NCBI GenBank assembly: GCA_006226415.1
Contig: SBGZ01000025.1
Coordinates: 13,186 to 77,185 of the forward strand
Source of the DNA: Alphaproteobacteria bacterium
GTDB lineage: Bacteria > Pseudomonadota > Alphaproteobacteria > M2410
Length of the DNA: 64,000 bases
Direction: 5' to 3'
Under the pieces are notes generated by a model, which saw nothing but the letters and a program-made list of their open reading frames with translations, was not told the DNA's origin and searched no databases. Shown one piece after another: positions 20,848 to 30,759 of this stretch (its first letter is position 1; every line of letters starts with the position of its first letter). The position numbers were made by a program, and so were the translations under genes.

Positions 20848-21806
20848 GGCAAAAGCTCCAACAGGCGATTGTCGTTTTGGCGGTGAAACTCCAGACGGGC
20901 CAGAAAGTCCTTCGGATCCTTGGGCGCCACCAATGCGCCGTCCGGGTGAAAAATCCAATCATGCAGCCGCGTCAATAGAAACCGCATGGCAGAGCCCCGG
21001 CAGAGCAGGGGCAGGGACTTGCGCTCCGCTTGGGTCAAGGCGCGCGCACTCTCATAGCCGCGCAGCAAGGCCCTGGCTTTCTCCGGCTCAAACAGCTGCG
21101 TGTCGTCAAAACACCAGGCATTGAGGGTCACCGACAGGTCATAGGCAAAACTGTCATTGCAAGCGAAATAAAAATCGATGATGCCGGAGAGGCGGTCGTC
21201 GAGGAAGAAAACATTGTCGGGAAAGAGATCGGCATGGATAACCCCTTGCGGCAATCCTTCCGGCCACTCGCTTTCGAGGGCATTCAACTCCTCGGCGATA
21301 AGCGCCCGCATGCCGGGCATGACCGCATTGGCCTGCGGGGCGCATTTGTCAAAGAGCGGACGCCAGTCCCGAACGCCAAGCCCATTGGCGCGGGTAAGTT
21401 CAAAACCATTGCTCGCCAGATGAAACTGGGCAAGGGCCGCGCCGACAGCTTCACATTGCGCGACATTTGGAGCCTTAACCGAAACACCGTCGAGAAAGGT
21501 GATGAGCGTTGCCGGGCGTCCATTTAAGGTTCGGTAGAGTTGGCCATCCATTGCCGGCACGGGCAGGGGGCAGGTAACCGCCCGCGCGGCCATATGACGC
21601 ATGAGACCGAGGAAAAAAGGCAGGTCCTCTTCGTGCACCCGTTTTTCGTAGAGCGTTAGAATAAAGCTGGCCTGATCTGTGCGCAGAAGATAATTGGAGT
21701 TCTCAACCCCTTCCGCGATGCCCTTAAACGACAGCACCTTGCCGACATCATACGCCGTGAGGAATTCGGCTAGAGCCTGATCGGAAACCTGGGTGTAGAC
21801 CGCCAT
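20844..21806 (-). CDS. thrB: homoserine kinase type II (APH/protein-kinase fold)
   Basis: 320 aa with an APH-like fold ([14 protein letters not shown]). Conserved ispH-thrB-rnhA arrangement. Confidence 0.8.
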   Translation of the reverse strand: MAVYTQVSDQALAEFLTAYDVGKVLSFKGIAEGVENSNYLLRTDQASFILTLYEKRVHEEDLPFFLGLMRHMAARAVTCPLPVPAMDGQLYRTLNGRPATLITFLDGVSVKAPNVAQCEAVGAALAQFHLASNGFELTRANGLGVRDWRPLFDKCAPQANAVMPGMRALIAEELNALESEWPEGLPQGVIHADLFPDNVFFLDDRLSGIIDFYFACNDSFAYDLSVTLNAWCFDDTQLFEPEKARALLRGYESARALTQAERKSLPLLCRGSAMRFLLTRLHDWIFHPDGALVAPKDPKDFLARLEFHRQNDNRLLELLP

Positions 21807-21814
21807 GCCTTGCT

Positions 21815-22771
21815 TTACCCCACAAGCGCGCGCGGCATTTTAAACTGCACGTTTTCCTGGCCGATGGATGTTTCTTCAAGCCTCACATCAAAGCGTTCTC
21901 TAAAAGCGGCAATGACCTCCTCCACAAGAATGTCCGGAGCGGAGGCACCGGCACTGATCCCGACTGTATTTGGGGTGCCGACGGCGTCCCAATCAATATC
22001 CGCGGCGCGCTGCACCAGAAAAGAATTTTCGCAGCCCATGCGGCGCGCCACTTCAACAAGGCGCATCGAGTTTGACGAATTCGGCGCGCCGATGATGATG
22101 ACCGTATCGCATTTGCCGGCGATCTCTTTGACCGCTTCTTGCCGGTTGGTGGTGGCGTAGCAGATGTCTTCCTTGTGCGGCCCCTGAATATCCGGAAATT
22201 TCTCTTTCAAACGGGTCACAATTGCCGCTGTGTCATCCAGTGACAGGGTGGTCTGCGTGATATAGGCGAGCCGCGAGGCATCCTTCGGGGTGAAGTCAGC
22301 CACATCGGCTTCGGTCTCAATCAGGCTAACCGCGCCTTCGGGCAATTGCCCCATGGTGCCGATCACTTCCGGGTGCCCCGCATGGCCGATCAAAATAATT
22401 TCAAGGCCCTTGGCGTGGTGGCGCTCAGCTTCCACATGCACTTTGGAGACCAGCGGACAGGTGGCGTCGAGATAAAAGAGCGCCCGGCGCTCCGCTTCAG
22501 CCGGGACCGATTTTGCCACCCCATGCGCTGAAAAAATCACTGGCCGGTCGGCAGGGACGGCATCCAACTCATCGACAAAAATGGCGCCCAGGTCCTCCAG
22601 CCGCTCCACCACATAGCGATTGTGGACGATTTCGTGGCGCACATAGACCGGGGCGCCAAATTTGGCGAGCGCCTGCTCGACGATCTGGATCGCCCGATCA
22701 ACCCCGGCACAGAACCCGCGCGGGGAGGCCAGAAGGATGGTCAGGGGGGCTTTTGGGGCGGCGGCGGCCAT
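21815..22771 (-). CDS. ispH: 4-hydroxy-3-methylbut-2-enyl diphosphate reductase
   Basis: LytB motifs ([36 protein letters not shown]). Start taken at [10 protein letters not shown]; the ORF is open to 22897. Confidence 0.9.
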   Translation of the reverse strand: MAAAAPKAPLTILLASPRGFCAGVDRAIQIVEQALAKFGAPVYVRHEIVHNRYVVERLEDLGAIFVDELDAVPADRPVIFSAHGVAKSVPAEAERRALFYLDATCPLVSKVHVEAERHHAKGLEIILIGHAGHPEVIGTMGQLPEGAVSLIETEADVADFTPKDASRLAYITQTTLSLDDTAAIVTRLKEKFPDIQGPHKEDICYATTNRQEAVKEIAGKCDTVIIIGAPNSSNSMRLVEVARRMGCENSFLVQRAADIDWDAVGTPNTVGISAGASAPDILVEEVIAAFRERFDVRLEETSIGQENVQFKMPRALVG

Positions 22772-22935
22772 GGAACTCCTTAAACGACAGCTTGCAGGGC
22801 TTGTTACATTGGCCCGGCTTTTGTACATTCCGGCCCGAACTGGCAATAAGCCATTGAATTTGGGCCCTAATAGAGGTTTTGCGGCTTTTAAAGTCAAGCC
22901 GCTCAGGGGGCTCCGTTAGGAATAGAGACAATAAA

Positions 22936-24705
22936 ATGACCACCATTACCGGCTTCCTCACAGAACTGGCGGGCGCGGCCTTCAAAGCTGAGGGTTTACC
23001 TGAAGAACTGGGCCTGGTGCAGGTCTCCGACCGGCCGGATCTCGCCCAGTTTCAGTGCAATGGCGCACTTGCCGCCGCCAAAATCGCCAAGGCCGCCCCG
23101 CGCCAGATTGCTGAGAAGATCGCTGAGCGTTTGAGAGAGGACGCGCGTTTGGCCGAAGTCACCCTTGCCGGGCCCGGCTTCATCAATATCAATGTTTCAG
23201 ATGCCTATCTGGAGGAGCTGGTGGCGCGGGTCGCCAGTGACGCCCGTTTTGGTGTCGCCCCAGCGGCTCAGGCGCAAACCTATATTCTTGATTTTGGCGG
23301 TCCCAATGTGGCCAAGCCTATGCATGTGGGACACCTGCGCTCCTCCATCATCGGCGACAGCCTGCAGCGGCTCATCGGCTTTGTCGGACATAAGACGGTT
23401 TCGGACGTGCATCTGGGGGACTGGGGCCTGCAGATGGGCCAGCTCATCACCGAGATCAAGCGCCGCCAGCCGGACCTACCCTATTTTGATGAGGCCTTTG
23501 AAGGCGACTACCCCTCAGAGCCGCCGGTATCCCTGGAGGAGCTGGAGGAGATTTACCCGGCCGCCTCGGCGGCCTGCAAGGCGGACCCCGCCCGCGCCGA
23601 CGAAGCCCGTCAGGCCACCGCCGAACTTCAGACCGGACGGCCCGGCTATCTGGCCCTCTGGAAACATTTCATCGGGGTCTCCCTGCCGGCAGTTCAGCGC
23701 GAGATCGGTTCTCTCGGTGTCAGCTTTGATCTCTGGAAGGGCGAGTCCGACGTCAACGACCTGATCCCGGACATGGTCGCCAGGATGAAGGCTGATCATG
23801 TCGCAGAGGAAAGCGACGGCGCCTGGGTCATCCGCGTTAAAAGAAATGACGACAAGTCCGAAATGCCGCCGCTCATTCTTCTGAAGTCCGACGGCTCCTA
23901 TACCTATGGCACCACGGACCTGGCGACCATTGTCGACCGGGTCGGGTCTTATGATCCGGATGTGATTCTTTATCTCACGGACCAGCGCCAAGGGATTCAT
24001 TTCGAACAGGTTTTCCGCTCTGCCCACAAGGCGAACATCGCAGGCAAGGCGAGCTTTGAACACATCGGTTTCGGCACCATCAACGGTACCGATGGCAAGC
24101 CCTTCAAGACCCGCGAAGGCGGCGTGATGAAGCTGCATGACCTTATTGCCATGGCGCACGAGAAAGCTTTGGAGCGCTTGAAAGAGGCCGGCATCGGCAC
24201 GGATTTCTCAGAAGCAGAGCTCAGCAAAGTGGCCAGCCAAGTCGCCATCGCCGCCATTAAGTTCGCGGACCTGTCGAACTTCCGCCGCTCTGATTATATT
24301 TTTGATCTTGATCGCTTCATGACCTTTGAGGGCAAAACCGGCCCTTATCTGCAGTACGCCGCCGTCCGGATCAAATCGATCCTGCGCCGGGCGGGCGAGG
24401 CAGGTGAGGCCGCGGCCGCCGCGCCGATCCTTATCCGCTCAGAGGCTGAGCGCAATCTGGTATTGGAGCTCGAGGGGCTCACCGCAGCAGTCCAGGCGGC
24501 TTTTGAGCGCCGGGCCCCCAATGCGCTCGCGGACTATGTCTATGGGCTCGCCCAAAGCTACTCGCGCTTCTACACCGAGCATCACATTCTGTCGGAAGAA
24601 GACGCGGCGCTGAAAGCCTCCCGTCTGAGGCTTTGCCTGGTCACCCTCGGCGTTATTACCCTCGGCCTCGGCCTCCTTGGCATCGAAGTTCCCGATCGGA
24701 TGTAA
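22936..24705 (+). CDS. argS: arginine--tRNA ligase
   Basis: Class I aaRS with HVGHLRSSIIGD (HIGH) and a GTDGKPFKTREG region. Start at MTTITGF. Confidence 0.95.
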   Translation: MTTITGFLTELAGAAFKAEGLPEELGLVQVSDRPDLAQFQCNGALAAAKIAKAAPRQIAEKIAERLREDARLAEVTLAGPGFININVSDAYLEELVARVASDARFGVAPAAQAQTYILDFGGPNVAKPMHVGHLRSSIIGDSLQRLIGFVGHKTVSDVHLGDWGLQMGQLITEIKRRQPDLPYFDEAFEGDYPSEPPVSLEELEEIYPAASAACKADPARADEARQATAELQTGRPGYLALWKHFIGVSLPAVQREIGSLGVSFDLWKGESDVNDLIPDMVARMKADHVAEESDGAWVIRVKRNDDKSEMPPLILLKSDGSYTYGTTDLATIVDRVGSYDPDVILYLTDQRQGIHFEQVFRSAHKANIAGKASFEHIGFGTINGTDGKPFKTREGGVMKLHDLIAMAHEKALERLKEAGIGTDFSEAELSKVASQVAIAAIKFADLSNFRRSDYIFDLDRFMTFEGKTGPYLQYAAVRIKSILRRAGEAGEAAAAAPILIRSEAERNLVLELEGLTAAVQAAFERRAPNALADYVYGLAQSYSRFYTEHHILSEEDAALKASRLRLCLVTLGVITLGLGLLGIEVPDRM

Positions 24706-24836
24706 ATCGCCCCGAAATTAGCCCTTTTGCCTGTTGGCAGGCCATTTCAGGTGATTGACTCTTGAGGGCATTTGGGCTCATGTAGCCTATTCCTCGAATC
24801 CCGCCGGGAGGCGAGAACGAGGAACCAGAAACCTCA

Positions 24837-25044
24837 CGCGGGAGAGACCTGTTTTGGCGCCAATATTCGGGCCATTGACAGGCGCCGAAGGAGCAACGGC
24901 CCGGAAACTCTCAGGCAAACGGACCGCGAAACGAGGTAAAAGCTGGAAAGTAGACGTCCCCGAGGGGAGGTCTCACCGAAGGGGGTAAGCGGCGGACGCA
25001 AGCGTGTCCGACACCGTGAAATCTCTCAGGTCCTTGGGACAGCG
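24837..25044 (+). promoter_or_regulatory. glycine riboswitch, tandem aptamers, leader of gcvT
   Basis: Aptamer 1: cgcGGGAGAGAcc...CGCCGAAGGAGCAAcggcc...CTCTCAGGCAAAcGGACcgcg. Linker. Aptamer 2: CTGGAAAGtagac...CTCACCGAAGGGGGTAAGC...CTCTCAGGtccttGGGACAGcgg. Both match the conserved GGAGAG / ACCGAAGGGGCAA / CUCAGGCAAAAGGAC glycine-aptamer cores and sit immediately upstream of gcvT. Confidence 0.85.
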
Positions 25045-25092
25045 GGTTTAGCGCCGAATTTCGGCGGCAATGATGACTCGCACAATGTCTGG

Positions 25093-26694
25093 ATGGACCT
25101 GAAAATGAACGAAGATCAAAATACAGAAGAAGTGGTGGAAGACGTAGCCCAAGAGGCCGCGCAAGAATCCGCGCCTGAAGCCACCGACTCTACCGAGACC
25201 CCAAAGGAAGAGGCTGCAGAGGCCGGACCCGAAGAAAAACCGGCGGAAGAGGCCCAAACCTTGAAGGCCACTCCGCTCTGGGCTCTTCATAAGGAGCGCC
25301 GGGGCAAAATGGTACCCTTTGCTGGCTATGAAATGCCGGTGCAGTATCGCCGCGGCATCATGGAAGAGCACAAACAGACCCGCGAGCGCGCGGGCCTTTT
25401 TGATGTATCTCACATGGGCCAGGCTTTCCTCGTGCTGGAAGGCGAGGGTGGACACGAAGAAATTGCCGCTCTCATTGAAACTCTGGTGCCCGGTGAAATC
25501 AAAGGATTGAAACCAGGCGGCATTCGCTACACCCTCCTCCTCAACGAGGAAGGCGGCATCAAGGATGACCTCATGGTGACCCGCCCGGAGGGCGAGGAAA
25601 ACGAAGGCATGCTGTTCCTCGTGGTCAATGCGGCCACCAAAGAGGGTGACTTCGCCTATATCTCTGAAAAGCTGGGCGGCAAGGCCCGATTGATCCTCGC
25701 AGGCGACCGCGCGCTGATGGCTTTGCAAGGTCCGCGGGCAGCCAAGGTCCTTAAGCGCTTGGCGCCTTTCGTGGACACCATGCCCTTCATGACCGCCAAG
25801 GCTGCGCGCATTGACGGGGTCGAGGTGATTGTCAGCCGTTGCGGCTATACCGGTGAAGACGGCTTTGAAATCTCAGTGCCCGCTGAAATGGCGGAGGCCT
25901 TTGCCCGCAAGCTCCTTGGCCATCGCGAGGTGCAACTCATCGGTCTCGGTGCGCGGGACTCTCTGCGCCTGGAGGCTGGCCTTTGTCTTTACGGACATGA
26001 CATCGATGAAGAGACAACCCCCATCGAAGCGGGCCTCACCTGGGCCATTGGCAAGCGCCGCAAAATGGAGAAAGATTTCCCCGGTGCTGAAAAGATCATG
26101 GCGCAACTCATGGACGGGGCACCGCGTCGCCGCGTGGGCATCAAGCCGAAAGGGCGCGCGCCCGCACGCGAAGGCACTGAAATTGTCAACAAAGACGGCG
26201 ATGTGATTGGCAAGATCACATCGGGTGGGTTTGGCCCGACCATCAAGAGCCCCATTGCGATGGGCTATGTGGAGGCCTCTCTGCCGGAAGATGAAACCGA
26301 AATTGGCTTGCTGATCCGCGGCAAGGTGCATGACGCTGAGATCGTGCCTCTGCCCTTCGTTGAACAGCGCTACTACCGCGCCGATAAAGCCAACGTCGAA
26401 GGCAAAGCCAAAGACAATGACAAAGACGATGACGGCGAAAAAAAGGGTCGCAAGCGCAGAAAGCGCACCAAAAAGGATGACAAAAAACCTGCCGGAGAAA
26501 AGAAGTCGGCCAAGAAGAAAAAACCGGAAGTAGAAGAGCCCGAGGCCGAAGAGGTCTCGCAAGAGAGGGCTGAAGAAACACCGGAAGAGATCAAGTCCGA
26601 AGTCGTGGAAATTGAAATTAAGGAGGCCTCGCAAGCACCAGCAGTCGAGGAAGCCGTCGCTGAAACAGAGGAAGAAACCGATGAGCGATCTTAA
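25093..26694 (+). CDS. gcvT: aminomethyltransferase (glycine cleavage T protein) with unusual charged N- and C-terminal extensions
   Basis: Core LKATPLWALHKERRGKMVPFAGYEMPVQY...EIVPLPFVEQRYYR is canonical GcvT (~370 aa). It is preceded by a 56-aa acidic leader and followed by a ~108-aa K-rich then E-rich tail, all in one frame. Confidence 0.88.
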   Translation: MDLKMNEDQNTEEVVEDVAQEAAQESAPEATDSTETPKEEAAEAGPEEKPAEEAQTLKATPLWALHKERRGKMVPFAGYEMPVQYRRGIMEEHKQTRERAGLFDVSHMGQAFLVLEGEGGHEEIAALIETLVPGEIKGLKPGGIRYTLLLNEEGGIKDDLMVTRPEGEENEGMLFLVVNAATKEGDFAYISEKLGGKARLILAGDRALMALQGPRAAKVLKRLAPFVDTMPFMTAKAARIDGVEVIVSRCGYTGEDGFEISVPAEMAEAFARKLLGHREVQLIGLGARDSLRLEAGLCLYGHDIDEETTPIEAGLTWAIGKRRKMEKDFPGAEKIMAQLMDGAPRRRVGIKPKGRAPAREGTEIVNKDGDVIGKITSGGFGPTIKSPIAMGYVEASLPEDETEIGLLIRGKVHDAEIVPLPFVEQRYYRADKANVEGKAKDNDKDDDGEKKGRKRRKRTKKDDKKPAGEKKSAKKKKPEVEEPEAEEVSQERAEETPEEIKSEVVEIEIKEASQAPAVEEAVAETEEETDERS

Positions 26695-27058
26695 ATATAC
26701 CGAACAGCATGAATGGGTGCGTGTAAAAGACGGCATAGCCGAAATTGGCATTTCCGATTATGCCGCTGAACAACTGGGCGATGTCGTCTACGTCGAGCTA
26801 CCTGAAACGGGCTTCACAGTGGAGCAGTCTGGTGAAATCGCGGTTGTCGAATCTGTCAAAGCCGCAAGTGAAATCTATGCGCCAGTGTCCGGCGAAGTTG
26901 TCGAAGTCAACACCGTTCTTGATGAGGACCCGGCCACCGTCAATGCGGAGCCGACCGGCAAAGGCTGGATGGTGCGCCTCAAGCTTTCCAATGAGGAAGA
27001 GCTGGCAACACTGATGGATGCGGACGCTTATAAGACTTATTTGGAAGGTCTCGAGTAA
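26681..27058 (+). CDS. gcvH: glycine cleavage system H protein
   Basis: [42 protein letters not shown]...ESVKAAS (lipoyl-lysine context). Start overlaps the gcvT tail by 14 nt. Confidence 0.9.
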   Translation: MSDLKYTEQHEWVRVKDGIAEIGISDYAAEQLGDVVYVELPETGFTVEQSGEIAVVESVKAASEIYAPVSGEVVEVNTVLDEDPATVNAEPTGKGWMVRLKLSNEEELATLMDADAYKTYLEGLE

Positions 27059-27059
27059 C

Positions 27060-28406
27060 ATGCGCTATCTGCCTCATACGCCGGAAGATCGGGCCGAAAT
27101 GCTGGCCCGCATTGGGGTGGGGGAAATCAATGAGCTGTTCAAGGATGTGCCCGCGGGCGCGCTCTTGAAAGGTCATCTGGACCTGCCGTCCGCAACCTCT
27201 GAGATGTCTGTTGAGCGGCAGCTTGCCGCCATGGCCGCCAAGAATACGGCCGCCGGCAGCGTGCCCTTCTTTATCGGTTGTGGCGCCTATCGCCATCATG
27301 TCCCGGCGACAGTGGACCATCTCATTCAGCGCTCTGAATTTCTGACCGCCTACACGCCCTATCAGCCGGAAATTTCACAAGGGACCCTGCAGGTGCTCTT
27401 TGAGTTTCAAACTCAGGTGGCCGCGCTCACAGGCATGGAAGTCGCCAACGCTTCCATGTATGACGGCTCGACCGCCACGGCAGAAGCGGTGGCGATGGCC
27501 GCGCGGGTAACCCGGCGCCAGCGCACGGTTCTGTCAGGCAATTTGCATCCCCATTACCGCGATGTGATTTTGACCAACGGGACCTACACCGGCGAGTCTT
27601 TCGTCAAAAACGACCCGCAAGTTGCTGGCGAAGAAGACCTGGCAAGCCAGATCGACGATAAAACCGCCGCTGTGGTGGTGCAAAACCCGGACGTCTTTGG
27701 CAACTTGCGCGATCTAACACCGATCGCCGAGGCGGCCCATGCCAAGGGCGCCTTGCTCATCGTTGTTGTAACCGAAACCGTCTCTCTCGGCATGGTGAAA
27801 TCACCGGGCGCCATGGGCGCTGACATTGTCGTGGCGGAAGGTCAATCCATCGGCAATGGCCTTAACTTTGGAGGGCCATATGTGGGGCTTTTTGCCACCC
27901 GGCAAAAATACGTCCGCCAGATGCCGGGCCGCCTTTGCGGCGAGACGACAGACGCGGATGGCAAGCGCGGCTATGTGCTCACGCTTTCAACCCGCGAACA
28001 ACATATCCGCCGCGAAAAAGCGACCAGTAACATCTGCACCAACTCCGGTCTTTGTGCGCTCGCCTTTTCAATCCACATGACGCTGTTGGGCGAGAAGGGG
28101 CTGCGCCAGCTAGCGGCGCTCAATCACGCCGGGGCCGTAACACTTGCCGATACCTTAAGCGAAGTGACCGGTGTCGAGCTGATGACGCCATGTTTCTTCA
28201 ATGAATTCACGCTGCGTCTGCCCAAAGATGCGCAGAGCCTCGTGGAGGCCCTGACTGAAAAAGGGATCCTTGGCGGGGTGCGGATGTCCAGGTTGTTCCC
28301 CGGTGAGGGCGCCATGGATAATCTCATCACCGTTGCCGTTACCGAAACCAATACAGCGGAAGACTTTGCCGCCTATCGCAAGGCGCTTGAGGAGGTGCTG
28401 TCATGA
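27060..28406 (+). CDS. gcvPA: glycine dehydrogenase (decarboxylating) subunit 1
   Basis: [20 protein letters not shown]...; split P-protein N-terminal half. Confidence 0.95.
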   Translation: MRYLPHTPEDRAEMLARIGVGEINELFKDVPAGALLKGHLDLPSATSEMSVERQLAAMAAKNTAAGSVPFFIGCGAYRHHVPATVDHLIQRSEFLTAYTPYQPEISQGTLQVLFEFQTQVAALTGMEVANASMYDGSTATAEAVAMAARVTRRQRTVLSGNLHPHYRDVILTNGTYTGESFVKNDPQVAGEEDLASQIDDKTAAVVVQNPDVFGNLRDLTPIAEAAHAKGALLIVVVTETVSLGMVKSPGAMGADIVVAEGQSIGNGLNFGGPYVGLFATRQKYVRQMPGRLCGETTDADGKRGYVLTLSTREQHIRREKATSNICTNSGLCALAFSIHMTLLGEKGLRQLAALNHAGAVTLADTLSEVTGVELMTPCFFNEFTLRLPKDAQSLVEALTEKGILGGVRMSRLFPGEGAMDNLITVAVTETNTAEDFAAYRKALEEVLS

Positions 28407-29980
28407 ACCGTCAAGGTCGTCCCACGCAACCGGCTACTCGTGCGGCGCCGGAAGGGCTCTCTACATTTTCTGGCAACAAGGGTCTGCAGCTTGAAGAAGC
28501 ATTGATCTTCGAAATTGGCTCCAGTCAGACGACCGGGGTGGATCTCGCGGAACTCCCCGCCAGTGCAAAATCGCGCATTGGCGATCTTGCGCGAACGGAG
28601 GAGATTGGTCTGCCGGGTCTGACAGAGCCGGAGTGCATGCGCCATTATGTGCGTCTCAGCCAAAAGAACTACGCCATCGATGCGGGCATTTATCCGCTAG
28701 GCTCCTGCACCATGAAGCACAACCCGCGCCTCAATGAAAAAATGGCGCGCCTTCCGGGCTTTGCTGACATTCACCCGATGCAACCGCAATCAACAGTGCA
28801 GGGCGCACTGGAGCTGATCGACACTCTGGCCCATTGGCTGAAAGTGATCACCGGCATGCCGGCGGTTGCCATGTCGCCGAAGGCGGGCGCTCATGGCGAA
28901 TATTGTGGGCTTATGGCGATCCGCGCCTGCCTTGAGGCCCGCGGTGATGCGCGCGCCCGTGTGCTGGTGCCAGAATCTGCTCACGGCACCAACCCGGCAA
29001 CGGCAGCGGCTTGCGGCTATTCGGTCGATACTATTCCGGCAACGGAAGAAGGCCGTGTCGACCTGGCGGCGCTCAAAGCCAAGCTGGGCGATGATGTGGC
29101 GGCGATTATGCTGACCAACCCTAACACCTGCGGGCTGTTTGAGCGTGATATCATTGAAATCTCCGAGGCTGTGCACGGGGTAGGGGGCCTTGTGTACTGT
29201 GATGGCGCCAATCTCAATGCCATTATGGGCAAGGTGCGCCCCGGTGATTTGGGCATTGATGCCATGCACATCAATCTGCACAAGACCTTCTCAACACCCC
29301 ATGGCGGTGGCGGTCCGGGCGCAGGACCGGTGGTCTTGTCTGAAACCCTGGCGCCATTTGCACCCCTGCCTTTCGTGGTGGTTACCGATGGCGCTTATAG
29401 TCTGGCTGAATATGCGCCGGAAGCCGAAGCCCAGGGCGCCAAGCCCTTTGGCCGTCTGACCGCCTTCCATGGCCAGATGGGAATGTTCGTGCGTGCGCTC
29501 TCCTTCATGATGAGTCACGGCTCAGATGGCATTACCCAGGCTGCGGAAGATGCGGTCCTTAATGCCAACTACATCATGGCAAGCTTGAAAGACATTATGT
29601 CAGCGAGCTTTGAAGGTCCTTGTATGCATGAGGCGCTCTTTGATGATCGCTTCTTAAAGGATACGGGCGTCACCACCCTCGACATGGCCAAAGCCATGAT
29701 CGATGAAGGCATGCATCCCATGACCATGTATTTCCCGCTGGTGGTGCACGGCGCTATGCTGATCGAGCCGACCGAGTCAGAGTCAAAACAGACGCTCGAT
29801 GCCTTCATCTCGACCATGCGTCAACTGGTGGAAGCGGCCAAGGCGGGGGAAACCGAACGCTTTACGGGCGCACCGCATTTTGCGCCTATGAAACGGCTGG
29901 ATGAAACGGCGGCTGCGCGCAAGCCTGTGCTTCGCTGGACGCCGGAAGAAAATGCCTCTCACTCCGCCGCTGCGGAGTGA
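28403..29980 (+). CDS. gcvPB: glycine dehydrogenase (decarboxylating) subunit 2
   Basis: PLP-lysine region [18 protein letters not shown]; ATGA overlap with gcvPA. Confidence 0.95.
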   Translation: MNRQGRPTQPATRAAPEGLSTFSGNKGLQLEEALIFEIGSSQTTGVDLAELPASAKSRIGDLARTEEIGLPGLTEPECMRHYVRLSQKNYAIDAGIYPLGSCTMKHNPRLNEKMARLPGFADIHPMQPQSTVQGALELIDTLAHWLKVITGMPAVAMSPKAGAHGEYCGLMAIRACLEARGDARARVLVPESAHGTNPATAAACGYSVDTIPATEEGRVDLAALKAKLGDDVAAIMLTNPNTCGLFERDIIEISEAVHGVGGLVYCDGANLNAIMGKVRPGDLGIDAMHINLHKTFSTPHGGGGPGAGPVVLSETLAPFAPLPFVVVTDGAYSLAEYAPEAEAQGAKPFGRLTAFHGQMGMFVRALSFMMSHGSDGITQAAEDAVLNANYIMASLKDIMSASFEGPCMHEALFDDRFLKDTGVTTLDMAKAMIDEGMHPMTMYFPLVVHGAMLIEPTESESKQTLDAFISTMRQLVEAAKAGETERFTGAPHFAPMKRLDETAAARKPVLRWTPEENASHSAAAE

Positions 29981-30339
29981 GACGGCTCATCTTTCAGAAG
30001 GGCTTCCGCCGGAACGCCCCATTCTCGGTAAAGTAGCTTCGCTTGATTGAGCGAGAGACCGCGCTTCCTGTTAAGTATTTCCGAGGCGCGGGATTTGCCA
30101 ACCAACGCGGCAAAATCCTTTTGCGTTAACCCACGCTGATCCATAATGAATAGAATGGCGGTCAAGGCATCCGGAACCTCTAAAGGCAGATTTCTTTCCT
30201 CATAGGCCTCAACAAGCGTAACGAGTATATCGAGCTCATTTCCTTGTGGGGTTCCTGGTTTGGCGTCCATCAGAGCTTCGATCCGCACCAGCGCATGCGC
30301 ATAGTCTTCCTCTGAATGCAGGGGACGAATGTCTGCCAT
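29959..30339 (-). CDS. higA: HigA-type antitoxin (XRE-family HTH)
   Basis: HTH segment LTQKDFAALVGKSRASEILNRKRGLSLNQAKLL. Lies 16 nt downstream of higB in the toxin-then-antitoxin order typical of higBA. The 3' end overlaps the gcvPB 3' end by 22 nt. Confidence 0.75.
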   Translation of the reverse strand: MADIRPLHSEEDYAHALVRIEALMDAKPGTPQGNELDILVTLVEAYEERNLPLEVPDALTAILFIMDQRGLTQKDFAALVGKSRASEILNRKRGLSLNQAKLLYREWGVPAEALLKDEPSHSAAAE

Positions 30340-30354
30340 AACCTGTTACTCCCT

Positions 30355-30648
30355 CTAAACCCGTGTCGCGTCAATCGCGTCATAGTCGGCGTGCTTGCCG
30401 ACAAACCTCACGTATCCAATGCGATACTCATAATTGAATTTGACGATGAGACGGTAGTTGCCGCCGCAGATGTCAAAGACCACCCGGTTGTCAGCAAGGA
30501 TACTTGCCCTGGGAAACTGGTTCTTCACATCTTGAGGGGTGGCCCAATCCGCCTTTTTCGCAATGAGCCACCAGGTCTCCAAAGCACCTTTGGCATCTGC
30601 ATGGTTCTGACTAAAGTCGGTCAGTATGCGCCGTGCAATGATCCGCAT
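30355..30648 (-). CDS. higB: HigB-family toxin (YgjN-like mRNA interferase)
   Basis: 97 aa. ...FPRASILADNRVVFDICGGNYRLIVKFNYEYRIGYVRFVGKHADYD matches the YgjN/HigB signature (VFNxGGNxxRLI...YIRxVxTHxEYD). GC ~52%, lower than the flanks. Confidence 0.8.
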   Translation of the reverse strand: MRIIARRILTDFSQNHADAKGALETWWLIAKKADWATPQDVKNQFPRASILADNRVVFDICGGNYRLIVKFNYEYRIGYVRFVGKHADYDAIDATRV

Positions 30649-30671
30649 GTGCTGTCATCTCCAATGCCAAA

Positions 30672-30727
30672 AGTTCCCAAAAAGGGAACTGTAAGTCAAG
30701 GAAAAGTTCCCAAAAGTGAAACTTTTT
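30672..30727. promoter_or_regulatory. putative higBA operator: perfect palindrome AGTTCCC-AAAAA-GGGAACT plus a degenerate second copy 33 bp downstream
   Basis: 30672-30690 is a perfect 7-bp-arm inverted repeat. 30705-30727 (AAGTTCCCAAAAGTGAAACTT) is a degenerate copy. Both lie in the AT-rich region directly upstream of higB. Confidence 0.45.
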
Positions 30728-30759
30728 CTGAGGAGAGGGAAATATATAATTAAAATTAA

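Noticed and set aside
24755-24988. 77-aa ORF inside the glycine riboswitch
   Set aside because: Sequence is fully explained by conserved riboswitch aptamer cores; no RBS.
25048-26751. Minus-strand ORFs 25048-25728 and 25873-26751, and plus-strand 25829-26206, over gcvT
   Set aside because: Shadow frames of gcvT. The 25873-26751 ORF is low-complexity antisense of the charged tail.
30316-30753. Plus-strand 145-aa ORF covering higB and its promoter
   Set aside because: Antisense to a HigB with a clear family signature; includes the AT-rich operator region.
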